DNA from: Gemmatimonadota bacterium
GTDB taxonomy: Bacteria > Gemmatimonadota > Gemmatimonadetes > Palauibacterales > KS3-K002
Assembly (NCBI GenBank): GCA_039586495.1
Contig: JBDHKG010000020.1
Coordinates: 1,181 to 65,180 of the forward strand
Reading direction: 5' to 3'
DNA length: 64,000 nucleotides
The notes under the pieces were generated by a model that made no database searches, had not been told where the DNA came from, and worked only from the letters and a program-made list of their open reading frames with translations. The stretch's first letter is position 1. Every line of letters begins with the position of its first letter. Shown piece by piece: positions 48,752-56,960 of the stretch. Made by a program: the position numbers and the translations under genes.

Positions 48752-51700
48752 ATGCCCTCATACGCCGAGCTCCACTGTCACTCCGCCTTCTCCCTCCTCG
48801 ACGGCGCCTCCACGCCGGAAGTCCTGGTTCGACGGGCGGTGGAGCTCGGCATCCGCGCCCTGGCGCTCACCGACCACGACGACCTGGGCGGCGCGGTGCG
48901 CTTCAGCCGGGCGGCCCGGGAGGCGGGATTGGAGGCGATCGTGGGGGCTGAGCTCACGATCGTGCCGCCGGAGGACGCTGCCGGTCCTCCCAACCATCTC
49001 ACGCTGCTGGCGCGGACCGCCGAGGGCTACGCGAACCTCTCGGAGCTGGTGACGCGGGGACGGTCGGGCACGGCGGGAACCCTCGCTTCATGTCGCGCGA
49101 CACGGGTTGGGATGTGTGACGGGCCACCGCGCTCCAAATGTCCGCTCGCGGCTCCCGCCGTGCCCTCCCTGTCGCGGAAAGGAGCCCGCCCCGAATCAAC
49201 TTCGAGAGTCCCCATCACGAACAGCTGGGCGCCGGACAGGGGGCGCCCACGGGTGACCTGGGAGGACCTGGCGGAGCTGGGATCCGGGCTCTTCGCCCTC
49301 ACGGGCTGTCCGCAAGGCGAGCTGGCCCGGCGGGTGCGGGCGGGCGATGGGAAGGGGACGCGGGAGCTGCTCGATTTCCTGCGGAGCGCCTTCCACGGCT
49401 ACTTGGCCGTGGAAGTCTGGGATCATGCGTTGCCGGAGGAACGGGCGCTGGCGGATCGCTTGCTGGAGCTGGCGGACCGCCAGGGGCTGCCGGCGGTGGC
49501 GACCAACGATGTGCACTATGCGCTGCCGTCGGGCCGAATCGTCCACGATCTGCTCACCTGCCTGCGCCATCAGGTGACGCTGGATGAGGCGGGCAGGCGG
49601 CTGCGCCCCAACGGCGAGTGGCATCTGAAGCCGTCCTCGGTGGTGTGGCGGCGCTGGCGCCAGCGGCCCGACGTGGTGGAGAACACCCACGGCGTCGCCG
49701 CCGAGTGTTCTTTCCGCTTGGCGGACCTCTCGCCGGCGATGCCGGGGTTCCAGGTGCCGCCCGGCGTGACGACGCAGGAGTATCTGGAGCGGTTGGTCTG
49801 GCGGGGTGCGCTGGAGCGCTACGGTGGGGCAGGGCAGGTGCGGAACGGCGATCCGATCTGCATTTCCGCTCCTGTGGAGGAGGGAGGAGTCGGGGAGATC
49901 GTCTCGCTCCACCGCTCGCAGCCTCCTGCGCCGCCCCCGGATCTCCAGCGCGGCCGCACGGTTGAGCGCGAGCCGCCGACCACCCCACCGGCCCTTGCAA
50001 AGGAAGTACTGCGGCCTGGCCGAGGCACGTCCAGGCACTTGAGCGAGGCGGGTCAAATCTGGAACAGTGACTCGAGTGGCGTGGTCGTTCCGACTAGGGA
50101 TGGGGCGCCGGATGGGTCGTCGAGCGTAACTCGCGAGCGGTGGAGCGAGATGATCCCACCGGCGCCCCGTCTAAACGGCGGCTCGGGTCTCAGGCAGCGA
50201 GTGCGTCGCCAGATCCGCCACGAACTCGAGGTGATCAAGCGCTTGGACCTGGCCGGGTACTTCCTCACCGTCTGGGACATCGTCCGCTTCGCCCGGCGCC
50301 AAGGGATCCTGTTGCAGGGACGCGGCTCGGCCGCCAACTCCTGCGTCTGCTACTGCCTGGGGATCACGGCGGTGGATCCCATCAAGTTCGAGCTGTTGTT
50401 CGAGCGCTTCCTCTCGGAGGAGCGGGGCGGCGCGCCCGACATCGATCTCGACATCGAGCACGAGCAGCGCGAGGAGGTGCTCCAGTACGTCTACCGCAAG
50501 TACGGCCGCGAGCGGGCGGCGATGGTCTGCGAGACGATCACCTATCGCGGCCGCTCCGCGGTGCGCGATGCCGCCCGCGTGCTCGGCTTTTCCACCGATG
50601 TGGCCGATCGACTGGCGGCGGAAGTGGAGCGCTGCGAAGCGGTAGAGGCGGCCGATGTGCTGGAGAACGGCGGACTGGCCGCCTGCGGGCTCGATCCGCG
50701 GGACCGTCGTGTCGCGGCGCTGGTCCACGTGGTGCGCGGGCTCGACCAACTACCGCGTCACCGCTCCATCCATGTAGGCGGCTTCGTCCTCACCGCGAGC
50801 CCACTCTCCCTGGTCGTCCCCATCGAGCCGGCGGCGATGCCGGAGCGCACCGTCATCCAGTGGGACAAGGACGACCTCGACTTCGTGGGCCTCATCAAGA
50901 TCGATCTGTTGGGCCTGGGGATGCTTACCTGCCTGGCGAAGGCGATCCGCTACATCCGCGAGACGCGCGGTGTGGCCATCGACCTGGCCCAGCTGCCGGC
51001 GGGCGACCCCGAGGTCTACCGGATGATCCAGCAGGCGGACACGGTAGGCGTCTTCCAGATCGAGAGCCGGGCGCAGATGAACTCGCTGCCGCGCTTGAAA
51101 CCCGGGGATTTCTACGATCTGGTCGTCCAGGTGGCGCTCATCCGGCCGGGCCCCATCCAGGGCGAGATGGTGCACCCCTATGTGCGGCGGCGGCGCGGCG
51201 AGGAGCCGGTGACGTATCTGCATCCGGATCTTGAGCCGATCCTCAAGCGGACGCTGGGCGTGCCGCTCTTCCAGGAGCAGGGGATGAAGGTCGCGGTGGC
51301 GATGGCGAACTTCACGCCGGGCCAGGCGGACGCATTGCGCCGGGCGATGGGGTTCAAGCGCTCGAGGGAGGCGATGGCGCTGATCGAGCCGGCGCTACGG
51401 GCGGGGATGACGGCGCGCGGGATCACCACAGACGTGCAGGATCAGATCGTCAAGCAGCTCACCGCCTTCGCCAACTACGGTTTTCCGGAGAGCCATGCGG
51501 CGTCATTCGCGCTCCTGGTCTACGCCTCGGCGTATCTCAAGCGCTACTACGCGCCCGAGTTCTACTGCGCGCTGCTCAACGCGCAACCGATGGGGTTCTA
51601 CGCGCCGGGGACGCTCGTTCATGATGCACGTCGCCACGGGGTCGAGATGCGGCCCGTCGATCTCGCGTACTCGAGCTGGGACTGCACGCTCGAACCCGGC

Positions 51701-52699
51701 ATCGAGGAAGACGGGGTGCGGCAGGGTCGTCTCGCTTCATGTCGCGCGGCACCGTGCCGATGTCGAAGGACCGGCGGGGGCGCTCCAAATGTCCGCTCAA
51801 CGACACCTGCCGCACCCCTGGACTCCGGGGACACGGCAGGAGATCCTCGAGCGGCCTTGTCACCACGAAAGGGAGGGCACGGCACCGACCCACGAGCGGA
51901 CATTTGGAGCGCCCCGGCCCGTCTCGTACACGTGCCCGAGTCGCGCGACATGAAGCGAGGGGTCGGTGCCGTGCCCGACCGGCCGGCTCTGCGGATCGGA
52001 CTGCGCTATGTGCGCGGGCTGGGCTCGAAGGCGGAGGAGAAGCTCAAGGCGGCATGGGAGGCCGGGGGACGTTTCCGGTCGGTGGAGGATGTGGTGCGGC
52101 GGTCGGGCCTCGGCCTCCCCTCCCTCAAGACGCTGGCGGAGGCCGGCGCCTTCCGGACGCTCTGGGGGCCGGGCCGGCGCTCCGCCCTCTGGGAGATGCT
52201 GGCGAAGCTCGCCCAGCGGCCACTGGCGCCGGTGGATTCGGCGCCTCATCCGTACCCGCACCCGAAACTGAAGGAGATGACCCGGGTCGAGTTCATCGCC
52301 GCCGATTACCTGACCACCGGACTCTGCACCCACGGGCATCCCATGGAGCACCTGCGGGCAACACTGCGCGCTCACGGTGTGGTCTCGGCCGAGGAGCTCA
52401 AGCGGGTCCGCAGCGGTCAGCGAGTGAAGGTGGCTGGCGTGGTGATCTGCCGGCAGCGGCCGGGCACCGCCAAAGGCGTGTGCTTCATCACTCTGGAGGA
52501 TGAGACCGGGTTCTCCAACTTCGTGGTCTACGCCGACCTGTTTCAGCGCTACCGCCGCACCATCGTCCGCTCACCGGTGCTCTTGATCGAGGGGATCGCC
52601 CAGCACGAGCAGGACGTGATCAACGTGCAGGCACGGCGGATCACCGCGATCGAGCCGACCGCGGGCGCCGACGTCATCGAGAGCCACGACTTTCACTGA
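48752..52699 (+). CDS. dnaE2: Error-prone DNA polymerase III alpha-subunit homolog (DnaE2/ImuC type), lengthened by three in-frame palindromic-element insertions.
   Basis: Starts MPSYAELHCHSAFSLLDGAS, the PHP domain. The polymerase core includes 'GFVLTASPL...IDLLGLGMLT...GVFQIESRAQM', and the OB-fold tail is 'VKVAGVVICRQRPGTAKGVCFITLEDETG'. The ORF-track start at 48524 is probably too long. Confidence 0.85.
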   Translation: MPSYAELHCHSAFSLLDGASTPEVLVRRAVELGIRALALTDHDDLGGAVRFSRAAREAGLEAIVGAELTIVPPEDAAGPPNHLTLLARTAEGYANLSELVTRGRSGTAGTLASCRATRVGMCDGPPRSKCPLAAPAVPSLSRKGARPESTSRVPITNSWAPDRGRPRVTWEDLAELGSGLFALTGCPQGELARRVRAGDGKGTRELLDFLRSAFHGYLAVEVWDHALPEERALADRLLELADRQGLPAVATNDVHYALPSGRIVHDLLTCLRHQVTLDEAGRRLRPNGEWHLKPSSVVWRRWRQRPDVVENTHGVAAECSFRLADLSPAMPGFQVPPGVTTQEYLERLVWRGALERYGGAGQVRNGDPICISAPVEEGGVGEIVSLHRSQPPAPPPDLQRGRTVEREPPTTPPALAKEVLRPGRGTSRHLSEAGQIWNSDSSGVVVPTRDGAPDGSSSVTRERWSEMIPPAPRLNGGSGLRQRVRRQIRHELEVIKRLDLAGYFLTVWDIVRFARRQGILLQGRGSAANSCVCYCLGITAVDPIKFELLFERFLSEERGGAPDIDLDIEHEQREEVLQYVYRKYGRERAAMVCETITYRGRSAVRDAARVLGFSTDVADRLAAEVERCEAVEAADVLENGGLAACGLDPRDRRVAALVHVVRGLDQLPRHRSIHVGGFVLTASPLSLVVPIEPAAMPERTVIQWDKDDLDFVGLIKIDLLGLGMLTCLAKAIRYIRETRGVAIDLAQLPAGDPEVYRMIQQADTVGVFQIESRAQMNSLPRLKPGDFYDLVVQVALIRPGPIQGEMVHPYVRRRRGEEPVTYLHPDLEPILKRTLGVPLFQEQGMKVAVAMANFTPGQADALRRAMGFKRSREAMALIEPALRAGMTARGITTDVQDQIVKQLTAFANYGFPESHAASFALLVYASAYLKRYYAPEFYCALLNAQPMGFYAPGTLVHDARRHGVEMRPVDLAYSSWDCTLEPGIEEDGVRQGRLASCRAAPCRCRRTGGGAPNVRSTTPAAPLDSGDTAGDPRAALSPRKGGHGTDPRADIWSAPARLVHVPESRDMKRGVGAVPDRPALRIGLRYVRGLGSKAEEKLKAAWEAGGRFRSVEDVVRRSGLGLPSLKTLAEAGAFRTLWGPGRRSALWEMLAKLAQRPLAPVDSAPHPYPHPKLKEMTRVEFIAADYLTTGLCTHGHPMEHLRATLRAHGVVSAEELKRVRSGQRVKVAGVVICRQRPGTAKGVCFITLEDETGFSNFVVYADLFQRYRRTIVRSPVLLIEGIAQHEQDVINVQARRITAIEPTAGADVIESHDFH
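49082..49180 (-). repeat. Truncated copy of palindromic MITE-like element family 1, inverted relative to the 51731 copy, inside dnaE2 and in-frame.
   Basis: The 18-bp terminus ctcgcttcatgtcgcgcg (49082..49099) is identical to 51731..51748. The inner box gcgctccaaatgtccgctc (49129..49147) is identical to the inner repeat of the full copy. ccgtgccctccc (49158..49169) is the reverse complement of gggagggcacgg in the full copy. The second half is missing. Confidence 0.7.
49897..50153 (+). mobile_element. Palindromic MITE-like element family 2 (~257 bp) inside dnaE2, in-frame.
   Basis: The terminal inverted repeats atcgtctcgctccaccgctcgc (49897..49918) and gcgagcggtggagcgagatgat (50132..50153) match at 21 of 22 positions. 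The element encodes a low-complexity ~90-aa Pro/Gly/Ser-rich insert ('...SLHRSQPPAPPPDLQRGRTVEREPPTTPPALAKE...') absent from typical DnaE2. Confidence 0.6.
51731..51959 (+). mobile_element. Full-length palindromic MITE-like element family 1 (229 bp, nested inverted repeats) inside dnaE2, in-frame.
   Basis: The outer TIRs are ctcgcttcatgtcgcgcg (51731..51748) and cgcgcgacatgaagcgag (51942..51959), an 18/18 match. The inner inverted repeats are ggggcgctccaaatgtccgctc (51778..51799) and gagcggacatttggagcgcccc (51894..51915), a 22/22 match. The central part has a further cctgccg...cggcagg dyad. The element encodes '...LASCRAAPCRCRRTGGGAPNVRSTTPAAPLDSGDTAGDPRAALSPRKGGHGTDPRADIWSAPARLVHVPESRDMKRG...' between the conserved DnaE2 segments 'SSWDCTLEPG' and 'PALRIGLRYVRGLG'. 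Confidence 0.75.
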
Positions 52700-52882
52700 C
52701 GCGAGCCTCTAGTGATTCGCTTTTGAGGACGACAGGAGCTGTGCTCTGCCTCCAAACGGTCAAAGGCTAACGGGGCTCTCAAGAGGTTGGCAGCGAAAGC
52801 CATCGCGAAGCATATTGTAGGGTCAACGCGGTTTAAATCCAACTGATTCTTCCATTCGAGTCGTTCGAGCCCACGTGCCGCT

Positions 52883-53437
52883 ATGACCAATGGCCTGACC
52901 AAAACTGCCTTGTTGGGGTCCCTGCTCGGCATCATTGGCGTACCGGGCACCGCTCTCGGTACGCAGCTCCCGGGCGGCGCGGATTCCGTCAAGGTTCGGG
53001 CGCTGGCGACGCCCGCCAACCCTCAAGCGGGGGATCAGGTGTCCGTTGCGGTCGCCCTGGAGCACGCCGCGGGGTTCCATTCCTGGCCGCATGAACCGGT
53101 CGTTCCGCCGGAGCTCCGGGGGGTGATGCCCATCGCCACGACGATCGAGGTGTTGTCGCTCCCGGAAGGGGCCGTCGTCGAGGAGATCCAGTGGCCAGCG
53201 CCCGTCCCGGTGATCGTGCGCTACACCCGGGGACCGGTGCTTCTGCTCGCCTATACTGACACGGCCGTCGCGCAGCTGCGCCTCAGGCTGGAGTCGGACC
53301 AGCCAGCCGAGGGAACGAGCGTCGCGCTCAGAGTGCGCTATCAGGCCTGCGACGAACGGGTATGCTATCCACCGAAGACGGTGGGCCTTGTAGTGCCTCT
53401 GTGGCACGGCCCGGCCCGCGACGATAGCCGGAGCTAA
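52883..53437 (+). CDS. Periplasmic DsbD N-terminal (alpha) domain-like protein, standalone.
   Basis: Signal peptide. The C-terminal motif 'YQACDERVCYPPKT' matches the DsbD-alpha active-site pattern (QGCADAGFCYPP). Confidence 0.65.
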   Translation: MTNGLTKTALLGSLLGIIGVPGTALGTQLPGGADSVKVRALATPANPQAGDQVSVAVALEHAAGFHSWPHEPVVPPELRGVMPIATTIEVLSLPEGAVVEEIQWPAPVPVIVRYTRGPVLLLAYTDTAVAQLRLRLESDQPAEGTSVALRVRYQACDERVCYPPKTVGLVVPLWHGPARDDSRS

Positions 53438-53658
53438 CCGGCGGCCAGGGCCGGCGACGCGCCCACCGAGGTCGACGAGGCGGCGTATTCAGCTGGCGAT
53501 GGAGTGCGGGCCGCGAGCCCACGTCCAGCCAAGAGCAGAAGCGCTAGAAGGGCGAGAAACGGTGAGCGGACAGCGCTGTGGGCTCGGGCCGTGTTGAGGG
53601 CCGGTCGCGCAGGCCGGCCCTCAAAGGTGAAGATGGATGCGGGTCGTTCTAGCCGAGC

Positions 53659-54279
53659 TTAGCAGGGCCCGTCGGTACCCGTCCCCGCGCCGTCGATCAT
53701 GCACCAGACCGCGTTGTTCTGGGCGGTGGTCCCGAAGGGCACGTCGAACTCACCGTCGTCCACGGTGATAGTGTCCGACCCGGCCCCACCTTGGTCGAGC
53801 GCGTTGAACTGGAAGCTGCCGCGCAGCCGACCTGCGCCGACCTCCGCGATCGTGACGCTGCCCGACACGATCTCGAAGTAGTAGTCGTAGTCGGTGAAGT
53901 CGTCGGTGCTCACCCCGAAGAAGATCCTGCCGTGGCAGTCCGCATTCGGCTCGCAAGGTGTGAATTCCCCGGTCTGCAGTGAGGCGAGCTGAAGGACGAA
54001 CAGGTCGCCACGCGGGTCCTCGGTCGTGCGGAAGCTGGCGATGACCACACCGTCCAGGGAATCGGGCTCCGCCATGATCGCCCAGCTACCGAATTCCGGC
54101 CGGCCAGCGGTATCGACGGCCGGCGTGCCGGTGGCCTCATAGGAGCCGGAGGTGACGCCGCTGAAGCTGAAGTTCAGGTCGCTCGGTGTCTCGATTCCGG
54201 TGGAGTCCTCATCACACGCGACGAGCAACGCCGCGAGGGCGAAGAGCCCGACGACCGCGAGAGAAGATAGTGCCTTCAT
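53659..54279 (-). CDS. Lipoprotein (hypothetical).
   Basis: MKALSSLAVVGLFALAALLVAC lipobox. Beta-rich, with conserved Cys pairs. Confidence 0.5.
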   Translation of the reverse strand: MKALSSLAVVGLFALAALLVACDEDSTGIETPSDLNFSFSGVTSGSYEATGTPAVDTAGRPEFGSWAIMAEPDSLDGVVIASFRTTEDPRGDLFVLQLASLQTGEFTPCEPNADCHGRIFFGVSTDDFTDYDYYFEIVSGSVTIAEVGAGRLRGSFQFNALDQGGAGSDTITVDDGEFDVPFGTTAQNNAVWCMIDGAGTGTDGPC

Positions 54280-54563
54280 GAGTCATCCTCCCATATGGTG
54301 GGTGACGTGTCGTGAGGAGGGCGGCTTGCTTGTGCGACTTGAGGGGCAAGAGGTGTGCCCGGACGAGACCGGGAACGCCAGCGAGCTAAGTCGATTCGCG
54401 GCAACGAATTCCAGCCGGGGACGGACCGGAGGCGGCTCGCCCGGGATTCAGCTTCCTGACGGTCTCAGTCAGGAGTCTGAAGTCGGACCCGGGAGCGAGG
54501 GCAGGAGCGAGCTGCCAGGTGGCCACTGTCGCGCCGCGAGGCTTCCGTGCATCTTGGAGCCTG

Positions 54564-55007
54564 ATGAGAGCTCGAACGCTGGCGCTTGCCTGCGCCTTGG
54601 TGCTGCTGCTCACGGGGTGCGAAGATGAGGAGGCCAGCGGCATTGTCGTCGGGCCGCTGGCCGGGCCGCGCGTCGCCGAGTCGGTCCTCGCGCTCGCCGT
54701 GGTCGACGGGGTACCGGTAGGGATCACGACCATCTTCGAGCAGGGCGAGGTCGTGAACCTGTGGGTCCACTGGGAGGCACTTCAACCGCCTCACGTGGCG
54801 GAGGCGGTCTGGTTCGACGCGTTCGCTGACGACGTGGATGCGACGACACTGGAGATCAGGGGCCGCGCAGCAGAGCAGGTTACGGTCTTCAGCCTCCAGC
54901 TCACCAGCTTTTCGCAGACGGGCCGCTGGGGTGTCGAGCTTTACCTGGACGGGGAGTTCCAGCGGAGCCACGCGTTCCACGTAGTGGAGGTTGTGCCCGG
55001 CGAGTAG
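54564..55007 (+). CDS. Lipoprotein (hypothetical).
   Basis: Internal ATG at 54564 gives MRARTLALACALVLLLTGC, a lipobox. The ORF-track start is a GTG at 54519. Confidence 0.45.
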   Translation: MRARTLALACALVLLLTGCEDEEASGIVVGPLAGPRVAESVLALAVVDGVPVGITTIFEQGEVVNLWVHWEALQPPHVAEAVWFDAFADDVDATTLEIRGRAAEQVTVFSLQLTSFSQTGRWGVELYLDGEFQRSHAFHVVEVVPGE

Positions 55008-55201
55008 CTGAGGTATGAGCTGGGCGGAGTGGCGTGAAACTTCCTGGGTGCCGCGATGTGGGCGGCGCCCGCTTCCTTAGGGCCCGGCAAAGTCATAACT
55101 TGTGGGCTTTCGTGTGGCACGGCCCAATGGTGCTCAGGCTCGCAGCGTTCGAGACCTGAGGCTGTCATCGCGCACATCCAGACTCAAACTTCGGACGGCT
55201 G

Positions 55202-56464
55202 ATGGGTATCCGAGAGCGCTACGCGCGTGAAGCGTTGATCTTCCTGCTTTGGTGCATCGCGCCATCCGTGGGATACGCCCAGGCCCAGGAAGGTACGTGT
55301 GTGAGCTGTCATTCCGGGCTGAGCGGTAACCTGGCCGAGCCTGTAGAGGAGTATGCGGCAAGCGTGCACGCAGCCAGGGGCTTCGGGTGCGTCTCTTGCC
55401 ACGGCGGCGACGCTCAGGAATTCAGTATGGCGGCGATGGACCCGAGCAGGGGGTATGTCGGCGTCCCGGAGCGCCAGCAGATTCCGACCCTGTGTGGCCG
55501 CTGCCACTCCGACGCGCAGTTCATGAGGCAGTACAATCCAGCGCTGCGTGTGGACCAGGTGGCCGAATACCTCACTTCGGTGCACGGCCAGCAGTTGATG
55601 CGGTCGAATGATGAGAGGGTCGCGACCTGCGTGAGCTGTCACCCTGCGCACGCGATCAAGCCGCCCTCGGACCCGACCTCCAGCGTCAACACGCTGAACG
55701 TGGCTCAGCTGTGCGGATCGTGCCACAGCGACCCGGACTACATGCAGCCGTACATGATCCCGACGGACCAGGAAGAGAGGTATCGGCAGAGCATCCACTG
55801 GCAGATGCTTTCTGTGGAGGGCGATCTCTCGGCGCCGACCTGCAATGACTGTCACGGCAACCACGGCGCGGCCCCGCCCGGGATCTCCTGGGTAGGTAAC
55901 GTCTGCGGTCAATGCCACACGGTGATGTCGGGTCTGTTCCAGGAGAGCCAGCACGCGCGTGTGCTCGCGATGCTGGGCTCTCCAGGCTGCGCCACCTGCC
56001 ACAGGAACCACGACATCCACGAGGCCGGGGACGAGTTGCTCGGTCTAGGGGAAGGTGCTGCCTGCGGGATGTGCCACGCGGAAGTGGATGCGGGCGGCGC
56101 CGTCGCGTCCGAGATGCGAAGCCTGATCGATTCGCTGCACAGGGAATTCGCGAAGGCCGACTCGGTTCTCGCGCGGGCCGAGCACGCGGGGATGGAGGTC
56201 AGCGAGGCTCAATTCGATCTTAACGCTGCCACGACCGCCTTGATCAGCGCGAGGGCGGCGGTGCACGGGTTCTCTGTTGACGCGGTGCGGCAAGAGGTCG
56301 CGGCCGGACTGGAGGTGACATCGCGGGCCTACGAGCGTGGCCAGAAGGCACTCGCCGATCTCCAATTCCGGCGCGTGGGTCTGGCGGTCTCGGTAACTAT
56401 CATTCTGCTGCTGATCGTCGGGCTCGTGCTCAAGATTCGACAGATCGAGCGAAAGACAGCGTAG
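55202..56464 (+). CDS. Nonaheme c-type cytochrome with a C-terminal membrane anchor; first gene of the bc-type complex operon.
   Basis: Nine CxxCH motifs (CVSCH, CVSCH, CGRCH, CVSCH, CGSCH, CNDCH, CGQCH, CATCH, CGMCH). C-terminal TM helix 'VGLAVSVTIILLLIVGLVL'. Confidence 0.85.
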   Translation: MGIRERYAREALIFLLWCIAPSVGYAQAQEGTCVSCHSGLSGNLAEPVEEYAASVHAARGFGCVSCHGGDAQEFSMAAMDPSRGYVGVPERQQIPTLCGRCHSDAQFMRQYNPALRVDQVAEYLTSVHGQQLMRSNDERVATCVSCHPAHAIKPPSDPTSSVNTLNVAQLCGSCHSDPDYMQPYMIPTDQEERYRQSIHWQMLSVEGDLSAPTCNDCHGNHGAAPPGISWVGNVCGQCHTVMSGLFQESQHARVLAMLGSPGCATCHRNHDIHEAGDELLGLGEGAACGMCHAEVDAGGAVASEMRSLIDSLHREFAKADSVLARAEHAGMEVSEAQFDLNAATTALISARAAVHGFSVDAVRQEVAAGLEVTSRAYERGQKALADLQFRRVGLAVSVTIILLLIVGLVLKIRQIERKTA

Positions 56465-56502
56465 CTGGTTTGGTGCGGGGCCAGCTTCCAGGGAGGAACG
56501 CG

Positions 56503-56958
56503 ATGGCTGAAAAGGTGGGAGCTGCCGGCCAGAGCCGGCGAGGCTTCGTCAACTGGATTCTAGGTACGGGCGTGGGAGGACTGCTGCTCGCCGTCCTCTA
56601 TCCGCTCAGCCGTTACCTGATTCCACCGGAGGTGGAGGAATCGACGGCCGGGACGGTCACGCTCGCGATCAAGCCGGAGGAGATTGCCGCGAACACCGGT
56701 CACATCTTCAAGTTCGGAAGCCAACCGGGGATTCTGATCCGGACACCGTCAGGTGAGCTGCGCGCGTTCTCGGCGACGTGCACACACCTGGCCTGCATCG
56801 TCCAGTACCGGAGTGATCTCGGGCGCATCTGGTGCGCCTGCCATAACGGACATTTCGACCTCAGCGGCCGGAACATCGAGGGGCCACCCCCGCGGCCGCT
56901 TGAGAGCTTTGCGGTGAACGTACGTGGGGAGCAGATCGTGGTGAGCAGGGACGTCTGA
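56503..56958 (+). CDS. Rieske [2Fe-2S] subunit of the cytochrome bc-type complex, with a Tat signal.
   Basis: Twin-arginine '[11 protein letters not shown]'. Box I 'CTHLAC' and box II 'CACH' are present. GGGAGG lies 6 nt upstream of the ATG at 56503. Confidence 0.85.
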   Translation: MAEKVGAAGQSRRGFVNWILGTGVGGLLLAVLYPLSRYLIPPEVEESTAGTVTLAIKPEEIAANTGHIFKFGSQPGILIRTPSGELRAFSATCTHLACIVQYRSDLGRIWCACHNGHFDLSGRNIEGPPPRPLESFAVNVRGEQIVVSRDV

Positions 56959-56960
56959 CG

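Noticed and set aside
49196-50056. 286-aa minus-strand ORF (and 51619..51951, 48999..49199) inside dnaE2.
   Set aside because: These lie antisense to the polymerase and largely within the palindromic inserts. Their peptide similarity ('RADIWSA..SRDMKRG') merely reflects the inverted-repeat nucleotide sequence.
48752-52699. Inteins as an explanation for the extra length of DnaE2.
   Set aside because: The inserts are only ~50 to 90 aa. They lack intein splicing motifs (no Cys/Ser+1, no HN...C/S/T junctions, no homing-endonuclease blocks). They are defined instead by nucleotide-level inverted repeats shared between copies.
52810-52875. tRNA-like T-arm resemblance (ggtttaaatcc) upstream of the DsbD-alpha gene.
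   Set aside because: The flanking sequence cannot form a T-stem or an acceptor stem, and there is no anticodon arm. It is probably a chance resemblance in an AT-richer promoter region.
53590-53625. Hairpin gagggccgg...ccggccctc as a terminator.
   Set aside because: There is no U-tract downstream on either strand; the A-rich run precedes it on the minus strand. It may only be a stable GC hairpin.
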